Of a DNA stretch of 64,000 bases, positions 42,281 to 56,559 are shown piece by piece. The stretch is from Eledone cirrhosa (Eukaryota): positions 342,674,001 through 342,738,000 of the forward strand of contig OZ024740.1 of the NCBI GenBank assembly GCA_964016885.1. The letters are read 5' to 3'. Each line of letters opens with the position of its first letter. Position 1 is the first letter of the stretch. Position numbers and translations under genes: made by a program. Below the pieces are notes generated by a model, which saw only the letters and a program-made list of their open reading frames with translations, did no database searches and had not been told where the DNA came from.

Positions 42281-43395
42281 TTCGCTGCCACACCTGCCCT
42301 TACATCACCAACACCACCACCTTCCAGGGTACCAATGGCCACTCTCTCTTTGTCCGTCATGCCTTCTGCTGCACCTCCTCCAACCTCATCTACGGACTTT
42401 GCTGCACAGGGTGCAGCACAACCTACGTCAGACAGACCGGACGTCACCTGGCAGATCAGTTCATGGAGCACCTCCGAGATATTTGCCTCGGCTGAAGTTC
42501 CCTCATCACCTGCCACTTTGGTTCCCCTGGACATTCCGCCCACCACCTCACTGTCTGTGGCCTGATTCAATGCCAGGGACTCTCGCCACCCGCCTTACGG
42601 TCGAGAAATACACCATCATCACCGTACAGACCCCCCCCACACACACGCCTGAACCCCCCACCAATCTCTACTTCCTCATTACCATACCTAAGATTCTACC
42701 CCACCGGTCCACTGCTCCAGGCATCCACCCTGCTATACTTGGAATTTTCAACATCTGTTCCTACACTCTGAGGAAAAACATCCAGGAACACACACACACA
42801 AACACTTACACTATTTTCGCACCACGCAACCATACATCCGCACCACACAAACACACACACACATGCGAATCCTCACATACACACATTCAGCTTCTGGACT
42901 CCACACGCCCCCTCTCTCCCCTCTTCATCCACACGCACACACACACTGACTTACACCCCACACCATGTACACACTGGTTTCCCTATTACCCAAACATGGA
43001 ACCTCGTTCTTCCCCAAACTCTCACATTCACATCCGCACATGTACACCTACACACACACACACCACCTTCCACCCTCCCCACTTGGACCCCCTGTCTCCC
43101 TCTCCCCTCACCCCCTCCATCTATCCACCACCACCCCTACATGCCTCACACCCTTTCACCACTTGTTTCATTTTAATTTTTTTTACCCTCTAAAAAAATG
43201 TCTCCCTTCCACCCCTTTTAATATCTATCCACCACTCTCCCTCACACCCTCCAAACTCTTTTCCTGCCCACTTTTCTCCTGATGAAGGGCTTATGCTCGA
43301 AACGTTGTCCCCCACCCCAACTCTTAAGCGTGAACCTAATATTAACACTTTGTACTGCCGCTTTTCTTTGTTTTTTTGTTTTCTGTTTTAACTAT
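42281..43395 (+). mobile_element. Penelope-like element 3' part: decayed GIY-YIG endonuclease (Neptune-like), C/A-rich UTR, HHR core at 43279-43309
   Basis: RCHTCPYI...[38 protein letters not shown]...HF..PGHS; CTGATGA-aGGGC ttat GCTC-GAAACGTTGTC. Confidence 0.8.
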
Positions 43396-44581
43396 AATAT
43401 ATATATTATATATACACACACACACACATATATATATATACATATATACAGATATTATATATATATATATATTATATATATATTATATATATATACATAT
43501 ATTATATATATACATATATACATATATTATATATATATATATATATATAAATACATCTGTATGTAATAATACAAGGACGATTTGTTAAGCCTTCATTATG
43601 TTTATTGATTGGTGACGTGCGTTTCGCTATTGATCAGCTCAAGTTTCATTCGGTATTGATCTGGCCCGACTCTGGAATCAAAATGCTACAAAGCATTTTG
43701 ACTAATGCTCTAATGATTCTGCCAATCTGCCACTCTATGATACAAAAGTAATATAAAATGTGGTTCAGAAAAGGTATTCTCTCAAAAGAATATCTCTATT
43801 AAAATAAGGCCCATACTTTTCTGCTAGCATTAGAAAAAATAAATTGATAAAAAGAGTATAAATTGATAAAAAGAGTATTACATTTCTATTATACATCAAC
43901 ACTTTATCTAAAATACACATGAACACTATAAATGAGATGCATGTGTTCTGAAAATAGAAAAAATTTCAAAGTGTAGAAAAATATCAACACAAACACACTA
44001 GAAAATGTATAAAAATTTATAATAAACAATAACAAGATACCAAAAATTGGAATTAAGCAACTTATGGAAAGATCACACACTTAAAATCAAACAAAACAAC
44101 CAGCTACACATAGAAAAGATTATTTACAACATAGCAATGAAAGCATCATCTATATTATAAAGCTGACGGCTGTATGTATGTAACAAACGTTTCCCCAAAT
44201 GGCTGGACCAAACAGCACCAAATGTGCACCATAGATGTAACTTTTTCCAAGTAAGAAAGTGAGGGCATTTTTGTCTACTAAATTCATTTAAAAGATTAAA
44301 GATATTTTATTGTTTATTTAAATATTCACTTCTTTAAAATTTTCAGATGTCAATACTTACGGTTAGCGATCTCTCTCTTTCTTAGTCTGTCTTTTTAGAT
44401 AGATACATAGCTATAACATCGCGCCCTTATAATATCTGTATGTATGTCTGGCTGTCTGCATTACGAAAACCATTCTGTACATTGGCTTCGCTATCTGTGT
44501 GTGTGTGTCTGTATATATGTATATATAGTGTGTGTACATATATATATATATATAGTGTGTATATATATATATATATATATA

Positions 44582-44712
<131 letters not shown>

Positions 44713-44736
44713 GTGTGTATATATATATATATATAT

Positions 44737-45029
44737 AATATAAGATCAAAAGATGGTTAAAAGAGTTCCAAGTATTTTATTATGCGCATTTCAAAAACAA
44801 ATATCATCATGGGATGATATCTGCGTTCTCATCAGATAAAGATGATATCTGAGAACGCAGATATCATCCCATGATGATATTTGTTTTTGAAATGCGCATA
44901 ATAAAATACTTGGACCTCTTTTAACCATCTTTTGATCTTATATTATTTATACTCCAGTCCTACTAACTGTAGAGTGCTACTTATCCGATATTTGCATTGC
45001 TTTATTGTGTTACAATAAAACTCACCTCT

Positions 45030-45030
<1 letters not shown>
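44737..45030. mobile_element. Fold-back HHR unit: intact HHR on - (44776-44840), core-deleted HHR on + (44849-44906)
   Basis: Inverted arms meeting just 5' of CUGAUGA; both ends in (AT)n. Confidence 0.8.
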
Positions 45031-45090
<60 letters not shown>

Positions 45091-45451
45091 TAAGTATCAT
45101 AAATAAGAGAGAGTTTAATTTGTACATTTTATTACACCATTCCTTTATATGTATATATACGTATTTATACATACATAAACATGTTATTTACAATTGTATA
45201 AAAAAGAAGTATAATTGTTTCTACTTTTGGCACAAGGCCAACAATGATGCCAGTAGATTACTGGTACTTTATTATATATAATATATATAATACGATATTC
45301 CTCTCTCTTTCTTACTCTGTCTTTTTAAATAGATACATAGCTATCACGTCGCACGCTTATAATATCTGTCTGTATGTCTGCCTGTCTGCATTGACTTCGC
45401 TTCTAACCATCTTTTAATTAATTATATATATATATATTTATATATCCGTGT

Positions 45452-45892
45452 ACATATTTTCAACAGTAATACTATACTATACTATATATTTTCAACAGTA
45501 ATACTATACTATATATTTTCAACAGTAATACTATACTATACTACATATTTTCAACAGTAATACTATACTATACTATATATTTTCAATAGTAATACTGTAC
45601 TACACTATATATTTTCAACAGTAATAATGTACTGTACTATATATTTTCAACAGTACTATACTATACTATATATTTCCAACAGTACTATACTATACTATAT
45701 ATTTCCAACAGTAATATTATACTATATATTTTCAACAGTGATACTATACTATATATTTTCAACAGTAATACTGTACTATATATTTTCAACACTAATACAA
45801 TACTATATATTTTAAACAGTAATACTCTACTGCACTATATATTTTCAACAGTAATACTATACTATATATTTTCAACAGTAATACTATACTAC
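45452..45892. repeat. ~28-36 bp minisatellite ATATATTTTCAACAGTAATACTATACT(ATACT), ~14 units
   Basis: Direct reading. Confidence 0.92.
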
Positions 45893-47319
45893 ACAGACGG
45901 CTTATCATCTGTTTATCCAAGTGAAGCTAGGTACGTCAGCTATATATATATATATCTGGATTCCATAGAACACATCAATGGTAGTCGGGCGCCAGCCGGA
46001 TGGGCCAGCTAGTAATAAATAAAACTAATTATATTGAAAACACATAAGACTCCACAAAGTAAAAGAACAATAACACAACAGAGATGACCATACATGCAAT
46101 AAATGAGCTTTCAAAACAGTGAAAATACTACAGAACCCAGGACAAAAGAAACTAAGACAGTATAGCAAATCAAAAACACATAATGAAAAAATGAATAAAA
46201 TCCTAAATAATGGTGAAGATCATAAAAGCAGAACTGAATTAACCATTAAGCAAAGTAAGTACATGAAAGGAAGAAAGGCACCATTTTATTCAAATTAAAT
46301 GTATTTGTCATTCCCCCAAATTCTTTTTTGCAAATGTTATATGTGTGTGTGAAGGAGGAAGGGAGGACAGTGGCATAATCTTTTAAAATGTTTAGGTCCT
46401 CAAAAGGACTTGATTTGAACTTTATAGAGACATTCAATGACATAAGCTGACACAACAAAAGTACACTCCAAATGATAGTCAACAAGAAATAGAAGAAAAA
46501 AAAAATAAACATCACAATTGTGACATGTTCTCTAATGTCAACCTCATCACCTTGCTCACAAAACTGAGCACTGCCACCAGTAATACAGAAGAATGGAAGT
46601 TAACTAAATACCAGGCTTTGAACAATAGTTTCCTTTTTGTCCCGGTTGCCACCAAGACTTCCAGTGTCCTCTATCTCTAGACTGCCATTCATCATCATTT
46701 TACGTCCGCTCTTCCCTGCTTGCAAGGGTGGGATGGGTCTTATTCTCATTGTTCTCTGCAAAATCAGGAGTGCATTCTGCTTCAGAACAAAGCCCTGTAG
46801 GGAGGAATGACCGTCACAGCAAATGTCACTGACTGTTCTCCATGGCAATACTTTCTATATTTTGTATATGGGGTACAGTTGAAATGTATCACCTAACCAA
46901 GAATGTAGAGTTTGCTTTTTTTTTAATATTATTTAATTTTTCTTTTTCCACCACCAATCTTTTCTCTCTTATTGTTTATTATTTCTGTTTTTAATGCTTT
47001 CATTATTGTATACTTCTGTTTGCTAATAAATATTTCCCATTTTAGATGATTTAAAATTAACACTAAGAAGGACCTAACAGATACAATACAGAAAATGGAA
47101 GAAGAGAACACAACCAAACTGAGGAACATAGACCATGGTAAACACCTATCCAAGCTACTCACAAATAAGCCCTTATGACACACAGATATATGGTGTACTT
47201 ATTCTAAACTGGATAAACACACATACACACACATTTTAAAAGATTATGCCCCTGTCCCTAGACACATATAAACATATGTAAAAGCAAGAAATAAATCCTA
47301 CTGCATTGCTTATCTGTGT

Positions 47320-47407
<88 letters not shown>

Positions 47408-47512
47408 TATATATATCTATCATCATCATTATCAACGTTTAACGTCCATATATATATATATACAGAAAAAATGAAACAAAATTTCATTTCTCACTCTTAT
47501 ATATATATATAT

Positions 47513-48186
47513 CGCTCATTTCGAATTTTGTTTATCGTGAACTCGTGCGCCGATTTTTCGATACTCGATCTTTCTAATATTTTTAGCTCTGGACATAGCT
47601 ATCCACCAGTTAATTTTATTGCTCATTTTTTGTCGATTCTATTGAGTGATGAATAGCTTTTGTTTTATTTTAACATGTCTATTGAGCACTCTTATTCGAT
47701 ATGTGTATTTCCACATTCCCTCGAATTGTTTTCGCGGATATAGAGGTTATCTCCCTTGTCTAATGCCATGTGCGTTTTTCACTGGTAGTTAGCCCCTTTT
47801 CCGCTAGGAAAAAAGCTCGTTGAGAAAGTAAACTCCGTTCCGCTTACTCTAGTAGGCTTTTATATTTATATGTGAGCTGATAGAGTACAGTCTAAGGATT
47901 TACAGAAACCCATGAAGCTAGATTTAACACCTTTCTAGTGGGTCCGGGTATGATTTTACATTCATTTAAATTATTGATGTATTGTTTTATTGATATTTTT
48001 TATCTGTTTGTCCCGAATCTTCTATTATCGATTTTTTATCGTATGGTTGATTGTAGACTTGTTCTATATGTGACGGTATTTTAACGATAGTTATAGCTCT
48101 GATTCATCTGAATTATTGAGCCCTCTGCCGCTCATTTCGAATTTTGTTTATCGTGAACTCGTGCGCCGATTTTTCGATACTCGATC

Positions 48187-48219
<33 letters not shown>

Positions 48220-48440
48220 GTAGAATAATCGAGTATCGAAAAATCGGCGCACGAGTTCACGATAAACAAAATTCGAGATGAGCGGCAGAGGGCTCCATAA
48301 TTCAGATAAATCAGAGCTATAACTATCGTTAAAATACCGTCACACGTAGAATATGTCTACAATCAACCATACGACCGAAAAATTGCGATATGGAAGATTC
48401 GGGACACTCAGATAAATTATCAATAAATCAATAAATCAAA
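47513..48440. mobile_element. PLE-like architecture: partial direct terminal repeat plus inverted copy across (TA)n
   Basis: 47513-47578 repeats at 48129-48195; 48220-48440 is the reverse complement of ~47980-48195. Confidence 0.6.
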
Positions 48441-51066
48441 TGGATATATATATATATTATATGTGTGTGTGTGTAAAATGGAAAATGTATAAATGCAGTG
48501 ACCTCCCTTGACATCATAGAGAGCATGCACATTATCAGTCATGATGAATAAAATTTTGTTTCAGTGATGTTTTTATTGCTGATTCCAAACTTGTTTTAGA
48601 TTAAAATTGGAAAATAGTTTCTTTGAGACAGGTAACTAGATGATCGTTCATATCAATATGTATATATAATATTACTTGAATGGGTGCTGGAGGGGAAATT
48701 AACACTAAGTCCCCAAAAAGAAAATACTATAGACCCCTCAACTAAAAGCCTTTAATTTGCTTGCCAACAACATAAAAAGGTCTTATATAAATATGCTACA
48801 AAAGGCTGATTACTTACCTAAAGAGTAATAATATATTACCAAGGGAGCAGAAAGAATTCTGGAAAAGAATATAGGTAAGGAGAGAGAGAGAAGAGGTGAG
48901 AAAGAGATGTAAAGAAAGATTCGACCCAGTACTAGACTGGTACTTTTTTTATTGTCCTCAAGAGGATAAATGGCAAACTTGACCTCGGTGAAATTTGAAC
49001 TCAGAGAGGGCCGAGATCCAGAACAAATACCACAATACATTCTATCCGACATTCTAACAACACTGATAATTATCGCATATGGACTATTATAGAAAACAAC
49101 AAAAAGAGAAAAACAAGCCTTAGCAAGTCCTGGAGTGATTACTGAAAGACATTTAATAATACACCACCACTTGGATACTGGAGATACACTGCATAAACAA
49201 AATAGCCCTAATACTGACAAAGTACATCAATCATGCCGTATCAAAATAGGAAATAACTATATCACTATGAGAAAAAGAAAACATTTTAAAACTAAAGAGG
49301 AATTCCGATTCCATTGAATCTTATTGGAATTGATGTACTAAATATCGATAAAACATGACTACATACACTTACACATGCACCCTCATATAATATAATAAAC
49401 ATCTTCATGTACTCTACCTTTCTATATGAAAATTCAATATATGCACCTATACATATTTATGCACACACATAAATAGTTATGTCATTATCATCATTTCACA
49501 TCCACTTTCCAAACTGGCATGTGTTGGTTGGGTTGCTATAGTCCAGGTCAATTTTTATTTGGAGTTACTGTCCATTTAAATGGATTGGAGGACCATATGT
49601 CCTTTTTACATTCCATTTTTAATTTTGGTTGGATGCCCTTCATAACATCATCACCTTTACAGAGTGCCTTTTATCATAGTAGAAACACTAGAGAGGTTGT
49701 TAGGTCCTTGGCAGCACTAACAAGTCCTTTTCAACTGATGCCGTCTTCATTCACCCACCAAGAACTTTACAGAATTAGTGTCTCCACTCATCCACCAATC
49801 TCTGTATAGAGCCAACACTTGTTAGCAGGGAAGTGGACATTAGAACGATGATGATGATACACATACACATACATACACATATATATGTACTTAAACACAC
49901 ACACACACAGACTTACTCATCTGATATGCGTATGCAATCACACACAAACTTACACATGCACATACAAAATACACACAAAAATACAACAAAACACTATAAG
50001 GTATTTTATTCTATGCTCTAAGGACTTTGTCAATTCACCATCTATACTTAGAAGTGGGTAATACACAGAAATGAAGGAGGATATTAGAAAAGAGTACAAT
50101 AGAAGGGTCAAATTAATATTAAAAATTCAATGTTAGAAATAAGATAATATATATAAATACAGTAACCATCCAAGTTAAAATCATAACTACCCTGCATACA
50201 AAGAAAATAGGGTCTGATGCAAATAGAAAACTCCTATGAAGTAATAACAGCAGGACTAGACAAAATATGTAGAGGAGACAAAGAAACATGAAAAATATTC
50301 CTTTATACATAATTAAACATTAAAGAACAAACTGAAAACTAACTACACCGAAGAAAAGTTTTAGTTAAAGACAAAATAATAGCAATGGTTACAATATACA
50401 AAAGACAGAAATAAAACAGAATACAAAAATATAGTAAAGTAAAAATGGAGAGAAATCACTCCATGACTGTAAGACTTGACAAAGAAGCAGTAAGCTAGAG
50501 TGAAAGTCAACAATAGTTCATAAGTTTTGGGCTAAAAACAGAAGCAGAAAGTCTGATTCTAACTTCATAGAACCAATATCTAGCTATAAATTACAAAAAT
50601 AAAATAATGAAAACATGCTAATATCAAGCAGAGTATGTAACCAGTACAATGAGGTAGCTGAGCTTAGACCTAGCCAAGTTTGGATATATACACAAACAGT
50701 AGCTATGACCATTGAGTGATACGTTAGTACTTCAACAGGAAATTGGACAAGAAATGGTAGAAACATATATCAAATACAGTAGAAATCAATGACATTGCCA
50801 CAATCATCCGGAGACACAGTCCATCAAGGAGTGGATAAAATAAAGTAACAGTTATTTACTGGTACATATTTTATCAACCTTCTGCACTTCGGTATGTGTG
50901 TGTGGGGGAGGTCATACAATTGACTGTTTCCTCCCTAAAATGTGTAGCCTTGTGCCTATGTAAGAAATTAATATGTCATGTTAATAGATTGTTAAAATAT
51001 AATCAAAATGTAATGTGAATGATCAAATGTTGAATAAAAGCTAAAACAAAACCCTTCATAACTTAC

Positions 51067-51209
51067 CAATTTAACTGGTTCTACATTCCCAGAAATGCTG
51101 TACTGCACAATGCAGTAGATCAGAATAACCACCATTGCAGCTACCAAGGCTAGTAGTTCATAAGCTCGTTCTCGAAGTAGACCATGAACAGTATAAAAAA
51201 TACAGAAAC
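51067..51209 (-). CDS. Exon 3: GFCIFYTVHGLLRERAYELLALV...PVKL
   Basis: ttacag acceptor, GTAAGT donor, 143 nt, phase 1->0 matches exon 2. Confidence 0.88.
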
Positions 51210-51329
51210 CTGTAACAACAAACACTGCTGGTTACATTTTTGTTATTTTGGAAACATTAAAATACTAAATAATCCACTTTACTTTTACATTCTTTTTTAT
51301 AATAATCACAAGCATTTTCTATGCTTGCA

Positions 51330-51610
51330 TATACAATCAGATATATCAGTGTAGCTTGGTAGCTTAGTACAAGTGTATCAAAGATGCAGTATAAGTCTTT
51401 ATACAAGTACATTAAAGATGCAGTATCTGTATGCAGTATGGCTTAGTGCAAATGTGTTTTAGATATGTATTGTGACTTGGTACAAGTGTATAGATATGCA
51501 GTATGACTTCATACAGGGATGTATTAGGGATGTAATACAGTTTGATATGTGTTTCAGGCATGAAGTATCTCTTGGTACAAGTGTATCAGAGATGCAGTGC
51601 GGCTTGGTGA
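51330..51610. repeat. Degenerate ~35-40 bp intronic minisatellite (GCTTGGTACAAGTGTATCAGAGATGCAGTAT)
   Basis: About 7 diverged units between exons 2 and 3. Confidence 0.75.
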
Positions 51611-51637
51611 AAATATTTATAAGGAAGTTTTTCTTAC

Positions 51638-51803
51638 CTGCATTTATGATGATAAGAATTGTGAAGATAATATCAAAATAGTTATTTACTTGAATTGCTT
51701 TAACAAATTGATAGATAGTCAAAAAGATTGCAATTAAGATATTTACAAGTGACAATGTTAAGAAGAGCCATTCTGTTGATGTCAATCCAGAAAAGGTTCG
51801 AAA
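51638..51803 (-). CDS. Exon 2, uncharacterised 8-TM (2x4-TM) membrane protein: FRTFSGLTSTEWLFLTLSLV...IIINA
   Basis: Pyrimidine tract + CAG acceptor, GTAAGA donor, 166 nt (phase 0->1), two hydrophobic helices. Confidence 0.85.
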
Positions 51804-51885
51804 CTGAAAGAAGAAAAGACAATAATATTCTGAAAACTCTTTTAGTCTTCTATTTCTGTGGAATGGGAAACATAAATTCACTTAC

Positions 51886-51897
51886 CTTGCTAGTCAT
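51886..51897 (-). CDS. Probable first coding exon (MTSK) of the multi-pass membrane protein gene
   Basis: ATG ACT AGC AAG|GTAAGT strong donor; 82-bp intron to a phase-0 acceptor at 51804. An in-frame TAG lies 2 codons upstream, so this could instead be a 15-nt micro-exon after ttag|. Confidence 0.5.
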
Positions 51898-54859
51898 TCC
51901 CTAATTGTCACTCTTATCTAGTGGCATAAATCCATGAAACTCTACCTATACAGATTCTGATAAGATATTTCTAGGTCAACCACATATTCATTCAAATTCT
52001 ATTCTAGACAAAGAGAAAGAGGCCCACACTGTTGATGAAGCAGGCCCTGTTGCTAATCCCCTTCAACTCACATGACATCACTGCTTCCATACTCCTGGTA
52101 ACACCCACATAACCCCACAATTTTTTCTGTAGTCATATGTTTTGTACAGTGTCAAAGTACTGTTTTTATGTCAGAGACAGTACAGAATTTACACTGAAAG
52201 GAAAACCATCCAACTGGTCAATAATCCTACCCTCACTTCAAATTATGCCAACCATTGACCACTTGACACCCTAAGTTTACTACAACAAAATGGACTACTT
52301 TGAATCAGTAACCTTGACCCTAATAGGTGCTTCTATGTTAACATAGTCTAAAAAAAAGATGAGATGGTCAAGGCTGGAAACTTTTTAATCATAGGTTTAC
52401 ATGATCAGGACAGACATCAGTATAAATAACAACAACTACTTAAAGACATTCACAAATATAAAGACTTTCAGTTGTCATCGTTTTGTTCTCAGCTTCCTCC
52501 TAAAACATGCTGTTTGTTCTTTCTTTGTCACTATATCTTTGTGGAGAGAGAGAGAGATTTTATTCCATTTTCCATTCGTGCATGGGTTGAACAAAAGCCA
52601 GAGTTTATTCCAGTTTCATGCCTCTTAAACTCTTTTGTTACCATAATTCTAATGAAATACACTTCCTATAATTTCCTGATAATTTTGAAAATAATTGAGG
52701 GATTTAGTAATATCACTAATTTTCTCATTATTAAGTTGGTATTTGAAGCATAACTTAATGAAAGTTTTTACATAAAATTATGATGCAAGGTTTTTAGATA
52801 AATATAAACATTTTAAAATAAACAGCTTTGTATTGTAGAACTGATGGAGGAGGGGGAGGTAAAGTGATTTTTATCAAATATGTTAAGCAACTGAGAGCAC
52901 AAGCTCTACCCTAGATAGGAAGCTAGTTCACTGTATTACTAATCCCCGGCTGCTACTAATATGCAGTTTCAACTAAGTGAACTGGAGCTACACAAAATGG
53001 AGTGACTTGCTCAGGGACACATACCATATGGACTGGGAATTGAATTTATGAAACAGATGCTGCTTGCAGAAGAGAATATTGCATTAGTATGGCCACATAA
53101 TGCATATGGATAATGATCATTGAGTGAAGAAGTGCCAAGCACTCATTGTGGAAAGAAGCTGTGGAAGAAGACCAAGGAAAACCTAGGCTGAAGTGTTGAG
53201 AGCTGATCTCAAATCACTGAGCCCCACAGAGGAGATGACAAAGGGAAAGAATAAGTAGAGGGAAGAAAAGGTGGGGAAGACATGTTTAACACATGCAAAT
53301 ATGGAAAGATGGATGTAAAATGGTGATGATGATGATCCAGAGGCCAACACTCTAATCACTAGAGCAACACACCTTCACTGACAAGAAGAATGCAGGACAA
53401 AAAAGTTGATTCAATAGGCATTTCTTTAGTCAACTCTATACAGTGGAAATAGATTATCTGGAGAAACAATAGCACTTCTGTTATTTTAACACATCAGCTG
53501 AGTTGATTTTCTCTTTTGTGCACAGTGTAGATATGAGACACTTAACACACACACACATACACACATACATACATACATACATACACATGTAGAGGTATCC
53601 AGAGTAACTTTAGAGTAACTTTACTAGTGGACAGATTGTTGTGAAAATTTGAAGTAAATTAAAATAACAATATAAATATTTAATGTGATGTAATCATAGT
53701 GCTGTTTGGTACTTTTCAACAACGTCTTGCTAATGAAGTTTCATTCAATACATGATATTAAGAATAAAATTTTAAAAAAGAGAAAAACATTTGGAAAATA
53801 AGATGTGGTGGTTGTTGTGATAAGTAAAGTTATTAAGAGTGAGGAAGGAAAGCCAATCCTGTGTCAATTGTTTAAAAATAAGGAAATGTAAGATACAGTG
53901 ATTGTGTGTGTGTGTGTGTTCATTTATTTGATTGACTGTGCAAAGCTGTGAGGATATGTGCATCAAACTAAGACAAATCTGGCATCGCTGATGGGATTAT
54001 AGAATTGTGAGTGTGTGCATGAGCTGATCAGTGCAGGGAGTGAGAGTGGTTAACCAGTTGGGTAGGTGTATAGGCATACACATGTGATATTTTGGTAGGT
54101 TTTAGAGATTGTACTTGCTTTGAAAATTTGGCTTAATTTATATTCTAAAATCACCATTTAATGATTTACCATTCATCAGCTATAACGACTTTGACATCGA
54201 TAAACTCCATTAAATGTATTTGCTCATCAGATCTCACTTGATGTCAATAACACTTGTGTGTAGTATTTCAAATTGGTAGCCAACCATCTTCTGTATTATC
54301 TAGTAGCCAATAATAATGGACTATTAGCTCACAATCGATCAGTGGACATTTTAATTGAATAGTTTCCACTGACAATACACAAGGACATCTAAATATAGAT
54401 AGATTACAATAAATTCTTGGAAGACAACTATATCAGTTCAGTTTAAGAAGTTGTGTCACAACAAGCAGTGTGCTTTGGTGGTATCATCTTTCAATATATG
54501 AACTGTTTTGCTTCTTTTTAGAAACATTTCATGAACCCATCACGAGTGAAAAAAAGTGAAGATAGAATATCATTTTGATAGTGACGAAAATGACACTCCT
54601 CAGACGAAAAAACTGAAATCCACTTTCTATGAAAGAAAAGTTCCATCAAAATTAATAAATGTGGAGAAAGTTTTATCGTGGTTGGAATTGAGTAAAAAGA
54701 AATGCAAGTAAAGACAACTGTAAATTGAGCAATTGTGAGATAGCAAGTACTTTAAGTCAAATAGTAAGGCATGAAAGGGCAGAAAAACACCAAAAGATTG
54801 CATAAAGATTGGAAGCAATTGACTTTGCAAGATGTATCTCTTAATGCATAAAATGAACC

Positions 54860-55000
54860 GGAGAAATACTGGCTTCTGGTTTCTCAAGAAAAATGTGGTG
54901 GCATGTATTGCTACCTGTTACTATCTAAATTCATGATGCAACTTCTTTCATTGTCACATTCTTCAGCAGCTTGCAGAAAGAGTGTTTTCCCTTCTCAAAA
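54860..55000 (+). mobile_element. Remnant of a hAT transposase dimerisation domain
   Basis: LSKFMMQLLSLSHSSAA-(frameshift)-ERVFS resembles the hAT C-terminal LSLPHSSAxxERxFS motif. Confidence 0.4.
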
Positions 55001-55253
55001 ACATAAAAACAAAAAAATTGCAATGCTTTGAAAACATGAATATTAAATGCACTGTTAAGATCAAAGTCTCTGCTGCAAAAGTTTAAAACTACTACCACCG
55101 CTGTTGGTCAACTAGCAGAGAACGAAGGATAGCCTCGGACAGAAACATGAACTTTCCTCTCTAAATATGTATGGAAAAACTAATAATTTTTCTTCTCCAT
55201 TTTATTATTATTCATATAAATATGCAACTTAACTGCACTTTGCACTTCTGCCA

Positions 55254-55283
55254 TTGAAAAAGCATATAATGCTGAAACCGGTA
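55254..55283 (+). ncRNA. Hammerhead core, U3-A8 variant, stem I not evident
   Basis: UUGAAAA-AGCA uauaa UGCU-GAAA-CCGG-UA; downstream AATAAA and tail into (AT)n. Confidence 0.5.
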
Positions 55284-55418
55284 CCACGATCGATTAAATG
55301 CGGAAATACCCACTTTATAAATAAATGTTTGATATTATACTGAAAAAAATCCCTTCAACATTTTCTACTGTATTATTTGCCTTTTTACTATTTGTTTATA
55401 TATATATATATATATATA

Positions 55419-55530
55419 TTCGCCTGAAGAAGGGCTTATGCCTGAAACGTCCCCCCCCCCCCCTCTCAAGAGCGTGAAACTAATAAACCTTTGTTCGAAC
55501 TGCCTCTCTATTTTGTTCCCGTTCCATTTT

Positions 55531-55535
<5 letters not shown>
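55419..55535 (+). mobile_element. Solo PLE tail (HHR core CTGAAGA...GAAACGTC) in (AT)n; same family as 43279-43395
   Basis: AGGGCTTATGC, poly-C, AGCGTGAA(A/C)CTAATA shared with the Neptune-like element end. Confidence 0.7.
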
Positions 55536-55591
<56 letters not shown>

Positions 55592-55707
55592 CGAAGGAAG
55601 TGTGGTAAGGAACCAGGTGGACCATAACACACCAGAGTACTCAATACTTTGGGTAGTAGAGTGGGTAATAGGCTTGGGCTCTGTTGTCGGGGTCCTGACT
55701 CTTTTCC

Positions 55708-55780
<73 letters not shown>

Positions 55781-55933
55781 CGAAATCTATATGCACCTTG
55801 AACCTCGAGTGACACCTAAAGATCAAATTCTAGGTCACCACATTTATTGTGTTAACAAGTTCATGTGTGGGCTATCCCCTCAAGGTGGGGAGACAGGAAG
55901 TGATAGCTATATAGAGCCTATATTTTCCCACTT

Positions 55934-56210
55934 AAAACACAGAGACATCGGAGCGATAGGATACACAACTAACTATGTAAAGATTAACTACTAACTTCAG
56001 ACCCTGAGGTCTACAGAAAAGACAGAGAACATCGGAGCGCTAGGATACACAACTAGCTATGTAAAGATTCACCGCTACCTTCAGACCCTGAGGTCTACAG
56101 AAACACAGAGACATCGGAACACGACGACATACAACAAACTATGTAAGGATTCGCCACTATCAACAGACCCCATGAGGCCTACAGATACACACAGAGATAT
56201 TGAGCCCTAC
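55934..56210. repeat. ~82-bp tandem repeat, ~3.3 units
   Basis: AAACACAGAGACATCGGAGCG..AGGATACACAACTA.CTATGTAAAGATT...CAGACCCTGAGGTCTACAG repeated. Confidence 0.85.
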
Positions 56211-56559
56211 TCTACAGACCATGTACAAACCACAGTGGTCTACAACTAATTATAGACCATTCAGAGATATACAAACCATATCTCTCTCTCTGTTACTAAC
56301 TAAGGTCTCACAACTACTACCACGGACTCCAAATTCCAACAACAATTATCTGTCGCTCGCTGTTTTCACACCAACAACAACAACAGACTAGAACAGCCTC
56401 ACATCAGCAGCAATAACAACATTAACAACTCTTAGTAACTGTTTTATATGTACTTTTTAATTGATTCACGTGAAGTAAACTATATATAACCAAATCATTT
56501 ATTCTTTATATTCTCGTTATTACATTTACAACTATTATTTTTGTTATTTCAACTATAAC

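Noticed and set aside
43611-43641. GAGCU..AGC-GAAACGCACGUC on the - strand as a functional ribozyme
   Set aside because: 5' core and stem I are missing; kept only as a truncated PLE-tail remnant
45452-45892. Regularly spaced ~30-bp repeats resembling a CRISPR array
   Set aside because: No unique spacers, no cas genes, eukaryotic context; a minisatellite
48818-48858. Exon-like segment on - with AG/GTAAGT (ILSAPLVIYYYSL)
   Set aside because: Its 41-nt length would shift the frame between exons 3 and 4, which already join in phase; at most a cryptic exon
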